DNA of 64,000 bases from the human T2T-CHM13v2.0 reference genome, Homo sapiens. Of the stretch, positions 1 through 14,199 are shown piece after piece. The notes below the pieces were generated by a model that had not been told where the DNA came from, did no database searches, and saw only the letters and a program-made list of their open reading frames with translations. The translations under genes and the position numbers were made by a program. Numbering within the stretch: the stretch's first letter is position 1; each line of letters begins with the position of its first letter. The stretch lies in assembly GCF_009914755.1 (NCBI RefSeq), contig NC_060939.1; one strand, 5' to 3'.

Positions 1-1402
1 GTAATTAGAGATAAAATAACATATAGTTATATATAATATGATATATAACATATATACTATATCATATATGATATATAATATATTTTTATTGCATATTATA
101 ATTCATATATATTATAATTTATATAATGATATAATTATTTATATAATATAAATAATTATACATGATTATATAATTATATATAATATAAATAATAATATAT
201 ATAATTACATATTCATATCGTTATATATAATAATACATTTCATATGTAATTATATATATCATATAATAGACAACACACCTAATATATAATATATAATATA
301 TATTATACAATATAGGATACATAATATGTATGATATATAAGATATCATAATATAATATATATTTTAACATTATGTATGTAACATGTAATATGTGATATAT
401 AAAATAAATTATGTAATATAAAATAATATAATATAATATATACTATATTAAGGTATATTATGTAAAGTATGTAATAAAATTATAAGTAACATAATATATA
501 GTTGTATATATTATCTTATGTATTTACATAGAGTATTATACAGTTATATATAATTTTAAATTGTTATATATAATTTAATATAAAACAAATATAATATATA
601 TCATAACATATATATTGTATACCATATATATATTATGTATCATATATTGTATGTTATATATTATATATTCTATATCATATATCATATATTATGTGTTATA
701 TGTATCACATTCCACATTTTGTATATTATAAATTATATAAAATATATGACATGTATTATATTATATATAATAAATTATACATTATATGTAACATAGCATA
801 TATTATATGTAACATGTATATTCTATGTAAAATATATAATATATAACATATTACATATAATTAATAACATAGACATATAATATATATTTAACATATGTAC
901 TATATATACAACGTATTATACATATACTATATAATATATATTATATATATGGCATAAAATATAATATATATTATATGTCATATTTTATATATACAATTAT
1001 ATATTATTATATGTTATTTTATATTATCTATAACATAGATATAATATATATACCTATAATGTATATTACATATAACGTAGATATTATATATAATATATAT
1101 AATGTATATTATATATAACGTAGATATTATATATAATATATATAATGTATATTATATATTTAATACGTATACTAACCATATAATATATTCTATATATGAT
1201 ATATAATATATATTATATATGTCATAAAATATAATATATATTATATGTCATTGTATAAATATAATACTTATATATTATCAATTATTATATTACATTTAAT
1301 ATATATAATATAAGATGCAGGATGTGAAACAATATTATATATATGTTATTTATATTATATATATGATACTATATATTATTGTATACATAATGTGTATATA
1401 TA
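1..1402. repeat. AT-rich low-complexity domain of the partial first monomer
   Basis: Almost entirely degenerate TA/TAA/TATAA motifs; same sequence as the AT domain of every later unit. Confidence 0.93.
1055..1159 (+). repeat. 43-bp internal tandem repeat (~2.4 copies) in the AT domain, present in every complete monomer
   Basis: TATAATGTATATTA(C/T)ATATAACGTAGATATTATATATAATATA at 1055-1097 and 1098-1140, with a partial third copy at 1141-1159. Confidence 0.85.
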
Positions 1403-1972
1403 TTTGTGGGTGCCCTATTTCCCATCTCATAACTTGTTTTAAGAAGCGCAGCATAATAATGTGTGGGCTTGGGATTCAGTTTTTGAAACAAAACACTGAG
1501 CCTTCAATGACCTTTCGGTCTATGTAGAAGCGCTCCTGTCTTCGTGGCAGCAGTTGGACCTCACAATGTGGATTGTGCCGTCACCCTGCAATGTTTATGC
1601 CCTATCGCCATGGTGACGGGATTAGGGATCTCCTGCTCTTGGTCCTAAAGGCCACTGTCTGTGCTGTGTTTTTCAAAGGTCAGCACAGAGTGAACCTTTG
1701 TGGTTTTATTTTCCCTGAGTTTGATTTTTCTCATGGGGAACCTGTGGTGCTGCTTTGAAGGTATATTCATACTGGCCTTTCAAATGCCAACTCTTCAAAT
1801 TACTAGTTAATGCTTTCAAAGTATGTTATTTCAAAAATTATCCTCCGTATTTTCCATATGCAGTTATAAATATGTTTCATGGTTATGTTTCATTCCTCAG
1901 TTTATATATTTGATTATTGTACCAAGCAGAGTACCTTTGAAATTTTTTTTCATCTAAAAAATATGTAAATTA
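1403..1972. repeat. HSATI-type unique-like segment of the monomer (representative copy; recurs about 88 bp after each anchor in all 26 units)
   Basis: Non-low-complexity ~570 bp block TTTGTGGGTGCCCTATTTCCC...AAAAAATATGTAAATTA lying between the AT domain and the Alu. The HSATI name is assigned from recognition of the HSat1B architecture, not from an alignment. Confidence 0.8.
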
Positions 1973-2262
1973 GCTCAGGCCTGTAATCCCAGCAAATTTG
2001 GAGGCCAAGGCAAGGGGATCACAAGGTAAAGAGATCAAGACCATCCTGGCCAATACAGTGAAAGGCTGTCACTACTAAAAATCCAAAAAATTAGCTAGGC
2101 ATTGTGGCAGCTGGTGTAGTCCCAGTGTGGTGTAGTCCAAGCTACCTGGGAGGCTGAGGGAGGGCAATCGCTTGAACCCGTGAGGCAGATGTTGCAGTGA
2201 GCAAATTTGGTGCCATTGTACTCCACCCTGTGCAACAGGACAACACTCTGTCTAAAAAAAAA
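1973..2262 (+). mobile_element. 5'-truncated diverged Alu SINE, U1
   Basis: GCTCAGGCCTGTAATCCCAGC...GAGGCCAAGG...GAGATCAAGACCATCCTGGCCAA, central linker TACTAAAAATCCAAAAAATTAGC, right arm GGGAGGCTGAGG...CGCTTGAACCC...TTGCAGTGAGC...ACTCTGTCT and an A9 tail. About the first 14 nt of the Alu consensus are missing. Confidence 0.95.
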
Positions 2263-3879
2263 TTATATATGATATATGTTATATGTTATGTAATATGCTT
2301 TATATGTAATATATAACCTCATATATATTATATGTCATAATATATAATAGTTATCCTGTGTCATATTATATATATTATATATTTCATAACATATATAATA
2401 TATAATACATATTATATATTTCATAACATATATAATATATAATACATATTATACATCTTATATATGAAAATATGTAATTAGAGATAAAATAACATATAGT
2501 TATATATAATATGATATATAACATATATACTATATCATATATGATATATAATATATAATTTTTTATTACATATCATAATTCATATATATTATAATTTATA
2601 TAATGATATAATTATTTATATAATATAAATAATTATACATGATTATATAATTATATATAATATAAATAATAATGTATATAATTTCATATTCTTATCGTTA
2701 TATATAATAATACATTTCATATGTAATTATATATATCATATAATAGACAACACACCTAATATATAATATATAATATATATTATACAATATAGGATACATA
2801 ATATGTATGATATATAAGATATCATAATATAATATATATTTTAACATTATGTATGTAACATGTAATATGTGATATTTAAAATAAATTATGTAATATAAAA
2901 TAATATAATATAATATATACTATATTAAGGTATATTATGTAAAGTATGTAATAAAATTATAAGTAACATAATATATAGTTATATATATTATCTTATGTAT
3001 TTACATAGAGTATTATACAGTTAAATATAATTTTAAATTGTTATATATAATTTAATATAAAACAAATATAATATACATCATAAAATATATATTGTATACC
3101 ATATATATATTATGTATCATATATTGTATGTTATATATCATATATTGTATATCATATATCATATATTATATGTTATATGTATCACATTCCACATTTTGTA
3201 TATTATAAATTATATACAATATATGACATATATTATATTATATATAATAAATTATACATTATATATAACATAGTATATATTATATGTAACATGTATATTC
3301 TATGTAAAATATATAATATATAACATATTACATATAATTAATAACATAGACATATAATATATATTTAATATATGTACTATATATACAACGTATTATACAT
3401 ATACTATATAATATATATTATATATATGGCATAAAATATAATATATATTATATGTCATATTTTATATATACAATTATATATTATTATATGTTATTTTATA
3501 TTATCTATAACATAGATATAATATATATACCTATAATGTATATTACATATAACGTAGATATTATATATAATATATATAATGTATATTATATATAACGTAG
3601 ATATTATATATAATATATATAATGTATATTATATATTTAATACGTATACTAACCATATAATATATTCTATATATGATATATAATATATATTATATATGTC
3701 ATAAAATATAATATATATTATATGTCATTGTATAAATATAATACTTATATATTATCAATTATTATATTACATTTAATATATATAATATAAGATGCAGGAT
3801 GTGAAACAATATTATATATATGTTATTTATATTATATATATGATACTATATATTATTGTATACATAAGGTGTATATATA
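2263..3879. repeat. AT-rich low-complexity domain (representative full copy, here including a 37-bp duplication)
   Basis: Begins directly after the Alu A-tail; degenerate (TA)n-like sequence conserved almost base for base between units. Confidence 0.93.
2372..2445 (+). repeat. Perfect 37-bp tandem duplication in U1
   Basis: ATATTATATATTTCATAACATATATAATATATAATAC x2; unit length 2477 = 2440+37. Confidence 0.9.
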
Positions 3880-4449
3880 TTTGTGGGTGCCCTATTTCCC
3901 ATCTCGTAACTTGTTTTAAGAAGCGCAGCATAATAATGTGTGGGCTTGGGATTCAGTTTTTGAAACAAAACACTGAGCCTTCAATGACCTTTCGGTCTAT
4001 GTAGAAGCGCTCCTGTCTTCGTGGCAGCAGTTGGACCTCACAATGTGGATTGTGCCGTCACCCTGCAATGTTTATGCCCTATCGCCATGGTGACGGGATT
4101 AGGGATCTCCTGCTCTTGGTCCTAAAGGCCACTGTCTGTGCTGTGTTTTTCAAAGGTCAGCACAGAGTGAACCTTTGTGGTTTTATTTTCCCTGAGTTTG
4201 ATTTTTCTCATGGGGAACCTGTGGTGCTGCTTTGAAGGTATATTCATATTGGCCTTTCAAATGCCAACTCTTCAAATTACTAGTTAATGCTTTCAAAGTA
4301 TGTTATTTCAAAAATTATCCTCCGTATTTTCCATATGCAGTTATAAATATGTTTCATGGTTATGTTTCATTCCTCAGTTTATATATTTGATTATTGTACC
4401 AAGCAGAGTACCTTTGAAATTTTTTTTCATCTAAAAAATATGTAAATTA

Positions 4450-4739
4450 GCTCAGGCCTGTAATCCCAGCAAATTTGGAGGCCAAGGCAAGGGGATCACA
4501 AGGTAAAGAGATCAAGACCATCCTGGCCAATACAGTGAAACGCTGTCACTACTAAAAATCCAAAAAATTAGCTAGGCATTGTGGCAGCTGGTGTAGTCCC
4601 AGTGTGGTGTAGTCCAAGCTACCTGGGAGGCTGAGGGAGGGCAATCGCTTGAACCCGTGAGGCAGATGTTGCAGTGAGCAAATTTGGTGCCATTGTACTC
4701 CACCCTGTGCAACAGGACAACACTCTGTCTAAAAAAAAA
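4450..4739 (+). mobile_element. Alu copy, U2
   Basis: Same sequence as 1973-2262. Confidence 0.95.
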
Positions 4740-6881
4740 TTATATATGATATATGTTATATGTTATGTAATATGCTTTATATGTAATATATAACCTCATA
4801 TATATTATATGTCATAATATATAATAGTTATCCTGTGTCATATTATATATATTATATATTTCATAACATATATAATATATAATACATATTATACATCTTA
4901 TATATGAAAATATGTAATTAGAGATAAAATAACATATAGTTATATATAATATGATATATAACATATATACTATATCATATATGATATATAATATATAATT
5001 TTTTATTGCATATTATAATTCATATATATTATAATTTATATAATGATATAATTATTTATATAATATAAATAATTATACATGCTTATATAATTATATATAA
5101 TATAAATAATAATATATATAATTACATATTCATATCGTTATATATAATAATACATTTCATATGTAATTATATATATCATATAATAGACAACACACCTAAT
5201 ATATAATACATAATATATATTATACAATATAGGATGCAAAAGATGTATGATATATAAGATATCATAATATAATATATATTTTAACATTATGTATGTAACA
5301 TGTAATATGTGATATATAAAATAAATTATGTAATATAAAATAATATAATATAATATATACTATATTAAGGTATATTATGTAAAGTATGTAATAAAATTAT
5401 AAGTAACATAATATATAGTTATATATATTATCTTATGTATTTACATAGAGTATTATACAGTTATATATAATTTTAAATTGTTATATATAATTTAATATAA
5501 AACAAATATAATATACATCATAACATATATATTGTATACCATATATATATTATGTATCATATATTGTATGTTATATATCATATATTGTATATCATATATT
5601 ATATGTTATATGTATCACATTCCACATTTTGTATATTATAAATTATATACAATATATGACATATATTATATTATATATAATAAATTATACATTATATGTA
5701 ACATAGTATATATTATATGTAACATGTATATTCTATGTAAAATATATAATATATAACATATTACATATAATTAATAACATAGACATATAATATATATTTA
5801 ACATATGTACTATATATACAACGTATTATACATATACTATATAATATATATTATATATATGGCATAAAATATAATATATATTATATGTCATATTTTATAT
5901 ATACAATTATATATTATTATATGTTATTTTATATTATCTATAACATAGATATAATATATATACCTATAATGTATATTACATATAACGTAGATATTATATA
6001 TAATATATATAATGTATATTATATATAACGTAGATATTATATATAATATATATAATGTATATTATATATTTAATACGTATATTAACCATATAATATATTC
6101 TATATATGATATATAATATATATTATATATGTCATAAAACATAATATATAATATATGTCATTGTATAAATATAATACTTATATATTATCAATTATTATAT
6201 TACATTTAATATATATAATATAAGATGCAGGATGTGAGACAATATTATATATATGTTATTTATATTATATATATGATACTATATATTATTGTATACATAA
6301 TGTGTATATATATTTGTGGGTGCCCTATTTCCCATCTCATAACTTGTTTTAAGAAGCGCAGCATAATAATGTGTGGGCTTGGGATTCAGTTTTTGAAACA
6401 AAACACTGAGCCTTCAATGACCTTTCGGTCTATGTAGAAGCGCTCCTGTCTTCGTGGCAGCAGTTGGACCTCACAATGTGGATTGTGCCGTCACCCTGCA
6501 ATGTTTATGCCCTATCGCCATGGTGACGGGATTAGGGATCTCCTGCTCTTGGTCCTAAAGGCCACTGTCTGTGCTGTGTTTTTCAAAGGTCAGCACAGAG
6601 TGAACCTTTGTGGTTTTATTTTCCCTGAGTTTGATTTTTCTCATGGGGAACCTGTGGTGCTGCTTTGAAGGTATATTCATACTGGCCTTTCAAATGCCAA
6701 CTCTTCAAATTACTAGTTAATGCTTTCAAAGTATGTTATTTCAAAAATTATCCTCCGTATTTTCCATATGCAGTTATAAATATGTTTCATGGTTATGTTT
6801 CATTCCTCAGTTTATATATTTGATTATTGTACCAAGCAGAGTACCTTTGAAATTTTTTTTATCTAAAAAATATGTAAATTA

Positions 6882-7171
6882 GCTCAGGCCTGTAATCCCA
6901 GCAAATTTGGAGGCCAAGGCAAGGGGATCACAAGGTAAAGAGATCAAGACCATCCTGGCCAATACAGTGAAACGCTGTCACTACTAAAAATCCAAAAAAT
7001 TAGCTAGGCATTGTGGCAGCTGGTGTAGTCCCAGTGTGGTGTAGTCCAAGCTACCTGGGAGGCTGAGGGAGGGCAATCGCTTGAACCCGTGAGGCAGATG
7101 TTGCAGTGAGCAAATTTGGTGCCATTGTACTCCACCCTGTGCAACAGGACAACACTCTGTCAAAAAAAAAA
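6882..7171 (+). mobile_element. Alu copy, U3
   Basis: Same sequence as 1973-2262 (tail GTC-A10). Confidence 0.95.
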
Positions 7172-9320
7172 TTATATATGATATATGTTATATGTTATGT
7201 AATATGCTTTATATGTAATATATAACCTCATATATATTATATGTCATAATATATAATAGTTATCCTGTGTCATATTATATATATTATATATTTCATAACA
7301 TATATAATATATAATACATATTATACATCTTATATATGAAAATATGTAATTAGAGATAAAATAACATATAGTTATATATAATATGATATATAACATATAT
7401 ACTATATCATATATGATATATAATATATAATTTTTTATTGCATATTATAATTCATATATATTATAATTTATATAATGATATAATTATTTATATAATATAA
7501 ATAATTATACATGCTTATATAATTATATATAATATAAATAATAATATATATAATTACATATTCATATCGTTATATATAATAATACATTTCATATGTAATT
7601 ATATATATCATATAATAGACAACACACCTAATATATAATACATAATATATATTATACAATATAGGATACAAAAGATGTATGATATATAAGATATCATAAT
7701 ATAATATATATTTTAACATTATGTATGTAACATGTAATATGTGATATATAAAATAAATTATGTAATATAAAATAATATAATATAATATATACTATATTAA
7801 GGTATATTATGTAAAGTATGTAATAAAATTATAAGTAACATAATATATAGTTATATATATTATCTTATGTATTTACATAGAGTATTATACAGTTATATAT
7901 AATTTTAAATTGTTATATATAATTTAATATAAATCAAATATAATATATATCATAACATATATATTGTATACCATATATATATTATGTATCATATATTGTA
8001 TGTTATATATTATATATTCTATATCATATATCATATATTATATGTTATATATATCACATTCCACATTTTGTATATTATAAATTATATACAATATATGACA
8101 TGTATTATATTATATATAATAAATTATACATTATATGTAACATAGTATATATTATATGTAACATGTATATTCTATGTAAAATATATAATATATAACATAT
8201 TACATATAATTAATAACATAGACATATAATATATATTTAACATATGTACTATATATACAACGTATTATACATATACTATATAATATATATTATATATATG
8301 GCATAAAATATAATATATATTATATGTCATATTTTATATATACAATTATATATTATTATATGTTATTTTATATTATCTATAACATAGATATAATATATAT
8401 ACCTATAATGTATATTACATATAATGTAGATATTATATATAATATATATAATGTATATTATATATAACGTAGATATTATATATAATATATATAATGTATA
8501 TTATATATTTAATACGTATATTAACCATATAATATATTCTATATATGATATATAATATATATTATATATGTCATAAAATATAATATATATTATATGTCAT
8601 TGTATAAATATAATACTTATATATTATCAATTATTATATTACATTTAATATATATAATATAAGATGCAGGATGTGAAACAATATTATATATATGTTATTT
8701 ATATTATATATATGATACTATATATTATTGTATACATAATGTGTATATATATTTGTGGGTGCCCTATTTCCCATCTCATAACTTGTTTTAAGAAGCGCAG
8801 CATAATAATGTGTGGGCTTGGGATTCAGTTTTTGAAACAAAACACTGAGCCTTCAATGACCTTTCGGTCTATGTAGAAGCGCTCCTGTCTTCGTGGCAGC
8901 AGTTGGACCTCACAATGTGGATTGTGCCGTCACCCTGCAATGTTTATGCCCTATCGCCATGGTGACGGGATTAGGGATCTCCTGCTCTTGGTCCTAAAGG
9001 CCACTGTCTGTGCTGTGTTTTTCAAAGGTCAGCACAGAGTGAACCTTTGTGGTTTTATTTTCCCTGAGTTTGATTTTTCTCATGGGGAACCTGTGGTGCT
9101 GCTTTGAAGGTATATTCATACTGGCCTTTCAAATGCCAACTCTTCAAATTACTAGTTAATGCTTTCAAAGTATGTTATTTCAAAAATTATCCTCCGTATT
9201 TTCCATATGCAGTTATAAATATGTTTCATGGTTATGTTTCATTCCTCAGTTTATATATTTGATTATTGTACCAAGCAGAGTACCTTTGAAATTTTTTTTA
9301 TCTAAAAAATATGTAAATTA

Positions 9321-9610
9321 GCTCAGGCCTGTAATCCCAGCAAATTTGGAGGCCAAGGCAAGGGGATCACAAGGTAAAGAGATCAAGACCATCCTGGCCA
9401 ATACAGTGAAACGCTGTCACTACTAAAAATCCAAAAAATTAGCTAGGCATTGTGGCAGCTGGTGTAGTCCCAGTGTGGTGTAGTCCAAGCTACCTGGGAG
9501 GCTGAGGGAGGGCAATCGCTTGAACCCGTGAGGCAGATGTTGCAGTGAGCAAATTTGGTGCCATTGTACTCCACCCTGTGCAACAGGACAACACTCTGTC
9601 TAAAAAAAAA
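9321..9610 (+). mobile_element. Alu copy, U4
   Basis: Same sequence as 1973-2262. Confidence 0.95.
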
Positions 9611-11759
9611 TTATATATGATATATGTTATATGTTATGTAATATGCTTTATATGTAATATATAACCTCATATATATTATATGTCATAATATATAATAGTT
9701 ATCCTGTGTCATATTATATATATTATATATTTCATAACATATATAATATATAATACATATTATACATCTTATATATGAAAATATGTAATTAGAGATAAAA
9801 TAACATATAGTTATATATAATATGATATATAACATATATACTATATCATATATGATATATAATATATAATTTTTTATTGCATATTATAATTCATATATAT
9901 TATAATTTATATAATGATATAATTATTTATATAATATAAATAATTATACATGCTTATATAATTATATATAATATAAATAATAATATATATAATTACATAT
10001 TCATATCGTTATATATAATAATACATTTCATATGTAATTATATATATCATATAATAGACAACACACCTAATATATAATACATAATATATATTATACAATA
10101 TAGGATACAAAAGATGTATGATATATAAGATATCATAATATAATATATATTTTAACATTATGTATGTAACATGTAATATGTGATATATAAAATAAATTAT
10201 GTAATATAAAATAATATAATATAATATATACTATATTAAGGTATATTATGTAAAGTATGTAATAAAATTATAAGTAACATAATATATAGTTATATATATT
10301 ATCTTATGTATTTACATAGAGTATTATACAGTTATATATAATTTTAAATTGTTATATATAATTTAATATAAATCAAATATAATATATATCATAACATATA
10401 TATTGTATACCATATATATATTATGTATCATATATTGTATGTTATATATTATATATTCTATATCATATATCATATATTATATGTTATATATATCACATTC
10501 CACATTTTGTATATTATAAATTATATACAATATATGACATGTATTATATTATATATAATAAATTATACATTATATGTAACATAGTATATGTTATATGTAA
10601 CATGTATATTCTATGTAAAATATATAATATATAACATATTACATATAATTAATAACATAGACATATAATATATATTTAACATATGTACTATATATACAAC
10701 GTATTATACATATACTATATAATATATATTATATATATGGCATAAAATATAATATATATTATATGTCATATTTTATATATACAATTATATATTATTATAT
10801 GTTATTTTATATTATCTATAACATAGATATAATATATATACCTATAATGTATATTACATATAATGTAGATATTATATATAATATATATAATGTATATTAT
10901 ATATAACGTAGATATTATATATAATATATATAATGTATATTATATATTTAATACGTATATTAACCATATAATATATTCTATATATGATATATAATATATA
11001 TTATATATGTCATAAAATATAATATATATTATATGTCATTGTATAAATATAATACTTATATATTATCAATTATTATATTACATTTAATATATATAATATA
11101 AGATGCAGGATGTGAAACAATATTATATATATGTTATTTATATTATATATATGATACTATATATTATTGTATACATAATGTGTATATATATTTGTGGGTG
11201 CCCTATTTCCCATCTCATAACTTGTTTTAAGAAGCGCAGCATAATAATGTGTGGGCTTGGGATTCAGTTTTTGAAACAAAACACTGAGCCTTCAATGACC
11301 TTTCGGTCTATGTAGAAGCGCTCCTGTCTTCGTGGCAGCAGTTGGACCTCACAATGTGGATTGTGCCGTCACCCTGCAATGTTTATGCCCTATCGCCATG
11401 GTGACGGGATTAGGGATCTCCTGCTCTTGGTCCTAAAGGCCACTGTCTGTGCTGTGTTTTTCAAAGGTCAGCACAGAGTGAACCTTTGTGGTTTTATTTT
11501 CCCTGAGTTTGATTTTTCTCATGGGGAACCTGTGGTGCTGCTTTGAAGGTATATTCATACTGGCCTTTCAAATGCCAACTCTTCAAATTACTAGTTAATG
11601 CTTTCAAAGTATGTTATTTCAAAAATTATCCTCCGTATTTTCCATATGCAGTTATAAATATGTTTCATGGTTATGTTTCATTCCTCAGTTTATATATTTG
11701 ATTATTGTACCAAGCAGAGTACCTTTGAAATTTTTTTTATCTAAAAAATATGTAAATTA

Positions 11760-12049
11760 GCTCAGGCCTGTAATCCCAGCAAATTTGGAGGCCAAGGCAA
11801 GGGGATCACAAGGTAAAGAGATCAAGACCATCCTGGCCAATACAGTGAAACGCTGTCACTACTAAAAATCCAAAAAATTAGCTAGGCATTGTGGCAGCTG
11901 GTGTAGTCCCAGTGTGGTGTAGTCCAAGCTACCTGGGAGGCTGAGGGAGGGCAATCGCTTGAACCCGTGAGGCAGATGTTGCAGTGAGCAAATTTGGTGC
12001 CATTGTACTCCAACCTGTGCAACAGGACAACACTCTGTCTAAAAAAAAA
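11760..12049 (+). mobile_element. Alu copy, U5
   Basis: Same sequence as 1973-2262. Confidence 0.95.
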
Positions 12050-14199
12050 TTATATATGATATATGTTATATGTTATGTAATATGCTTTATATGTAATATA
12101 TAACCTCATATATATTATATGTCATAATATATAATAGTTATCCTGTGTCATAATATATATATTATATATTTCATAACATATATAATATATAATACATATT
12201 ATACATCTTATATATGAAAATATGTAATTAGAGATAAAATAACATATAGTTATATATAATATGATATATAACATATATACTATATCATATATGATATATA
12301 ATATATAATTTTTTATTGCATATTATAATTCATATATATTATAATTTATATAATGATATAATTATTTATATAATATAAATAATTATACATGCTTATATAA
12401 TTATATATAATATAAATAATAATATATATAATTACATATACATATCGTTATATATAATAATACATTTCATATGTAATTATATATATCATATAATAGACAA
12501 CACACCTAATATATAATACATAATATATATTATACAATATAGGATACAAAAGATGTATGATATATAAGATATCATAATATAATATATATTTTAACATTAT
12601 GTATGTAACATGTAATATGTGATATATAAAATAAATTATGTAATATAAAATAATATAATATAATATATACTATATTAAGGTATATTATGTAAAGTATGTA
12701 ATAAAATTATAAGTAACATAATATATAGTTATATATATTATCTTATGTATTTACATAGAGTATTATACAGTTATATATAATTTTAAATTGTTATATATAA
12801 TTTAATATAAAACAAATATAATATATATCATAACATATATATTGTATACCATATATATATTATGTATCATATATTGTATGTTATATATTATATATTCTAT
12901 ATCATATATCATATATTATATGTTATATATATCACATTCCACATTTTGTATATTATAAATTATATACAATATATGACATGTATTATATTATATATAATAA
13001 ATTATACATTATATGTAACATAGTATATATTATATGTAACATGTATATTCTATGTAAAATATATAATATATAACATATTACATATAATTAATAACATAGA
13101 CATATAATATATATTTAACATATGTACTATATATACAACGTATTATACATATACTATATAATATATATTATATATATGGCATAAAATATAATATATATTA
13201 TATGTCATATTTTATATATACAATTATATATTATTATATGTTATTTTATATTATCTATAACATAGATATAATATATATACCTATAATGTATATTACATAT
13301 AATGTAGATATTATATATAATATATATAATGTATATTATATATAACGTAGATATTATATATAATATATATAATGTATATTATATATTTAATACGTATACT
13401 AACCATATAATATATTCTATATATGATATATAATATATATTATATATGTCATAAAATATAATATATATTATATGTCATTGTATAAATATAATACTTATAT
13501 ATTATCAATTATTATATTACATTTAATATATATAATATAAGATGCAGGATGTGAAACAATATTATATATATGTTATTTATATTATATATATGATACTATA
13601 TATTATTGTATACATAATGTGTATATATATTTGTGGGTGCCCTATTTCCCATCTCATAACTTGTTTTAAGAAGCGCAGCATAATAATGTGTGGGCTTGGG
13701 ATTCAGTTTTTGAAACAAAACACTGAGCCTTCAATGACCTTTCGGTCTATGTAGAAGCGCTCCTGTCTTCGTGGCAGCAGTTGGACCTCACAATGTGGAT
13801 TGTGCCGTCACCCTGCAATGTTTATGCCCTATCGCCATGGTGACGGGATTAGGGATCTCCTGCTCTTGGTCCTAAAGGCCACTGTCTGTGCTGTGTTTTT
13901 CAAAGGTCAGCACAGAGTGAACCTTTGTGGTTTTATTTTCCCTGAGTTTGATTTTTCTCATGGGGAACCTGTGGTGCTGCTTTGAAGGTATATTCATACT
14001 GGCCTTTCAAATGCCAACTCTTCAAATTACTAGTTAATGCTTTCAAAGTATGTTATTTCAAAAATTATCCTCCGTATTTTCCATATGCAGTTATAAATAT
14101 GTTTCATGGTTATGTTTCATTCCTCAGTTTATATATTTGATTATTGTACCAAGCAGAGTACCTTTGAAATTTTTTTTCATCTAAAAAATATGTAAATTA

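Noticed and set aside
1055-1159. 43-bp sub-repeat as the HSat1A 42-bp satellite
   Set aside because: The period is similar, but there are only ~2.4 copies and I cannot support sequence homology by eye.
1-1402. TATA boxes and AATAAA signals; resemblance to Plasmodium or mitochondrial AT-rich DNA
   Set aside because: Such motifs are expected by chance at this AT content, and the Alu and HSat1B architecture identify a hominid satellite.
1315-1527. 70-aa ORF MQDVKQYYIY... repeated in all 26 units
   Set aside because: The N-terminal half is translated TA low-complexity sequence (Y/I-rich) and no domain is recognisable. Its conservation merely reflects array homogeneity.
1573-1758. 61-aa ORF MCRHPAMF... 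repeated in every unit
   Set aside because: It starts at TTG, is short, lies inside satellite sequence, resembles no protein I know and is frameshifted in U23.
1973-2262. Active Alu, 7SL or BC200-like Pol III RNA gene cluster
   Set aside because: The 5' end is truncated, the B-box region is degenerate (GAGATCAAGAC), divergence is heavy and the tail is short; nothing in the sequence supports transcription.
5532-5756. 74-aa Y/I-rich ORF present in some units
   Set aside because: It appears only when indels remove stops in TA-rich DNA; it is a marker of the 7-bp deletion, not a gene.
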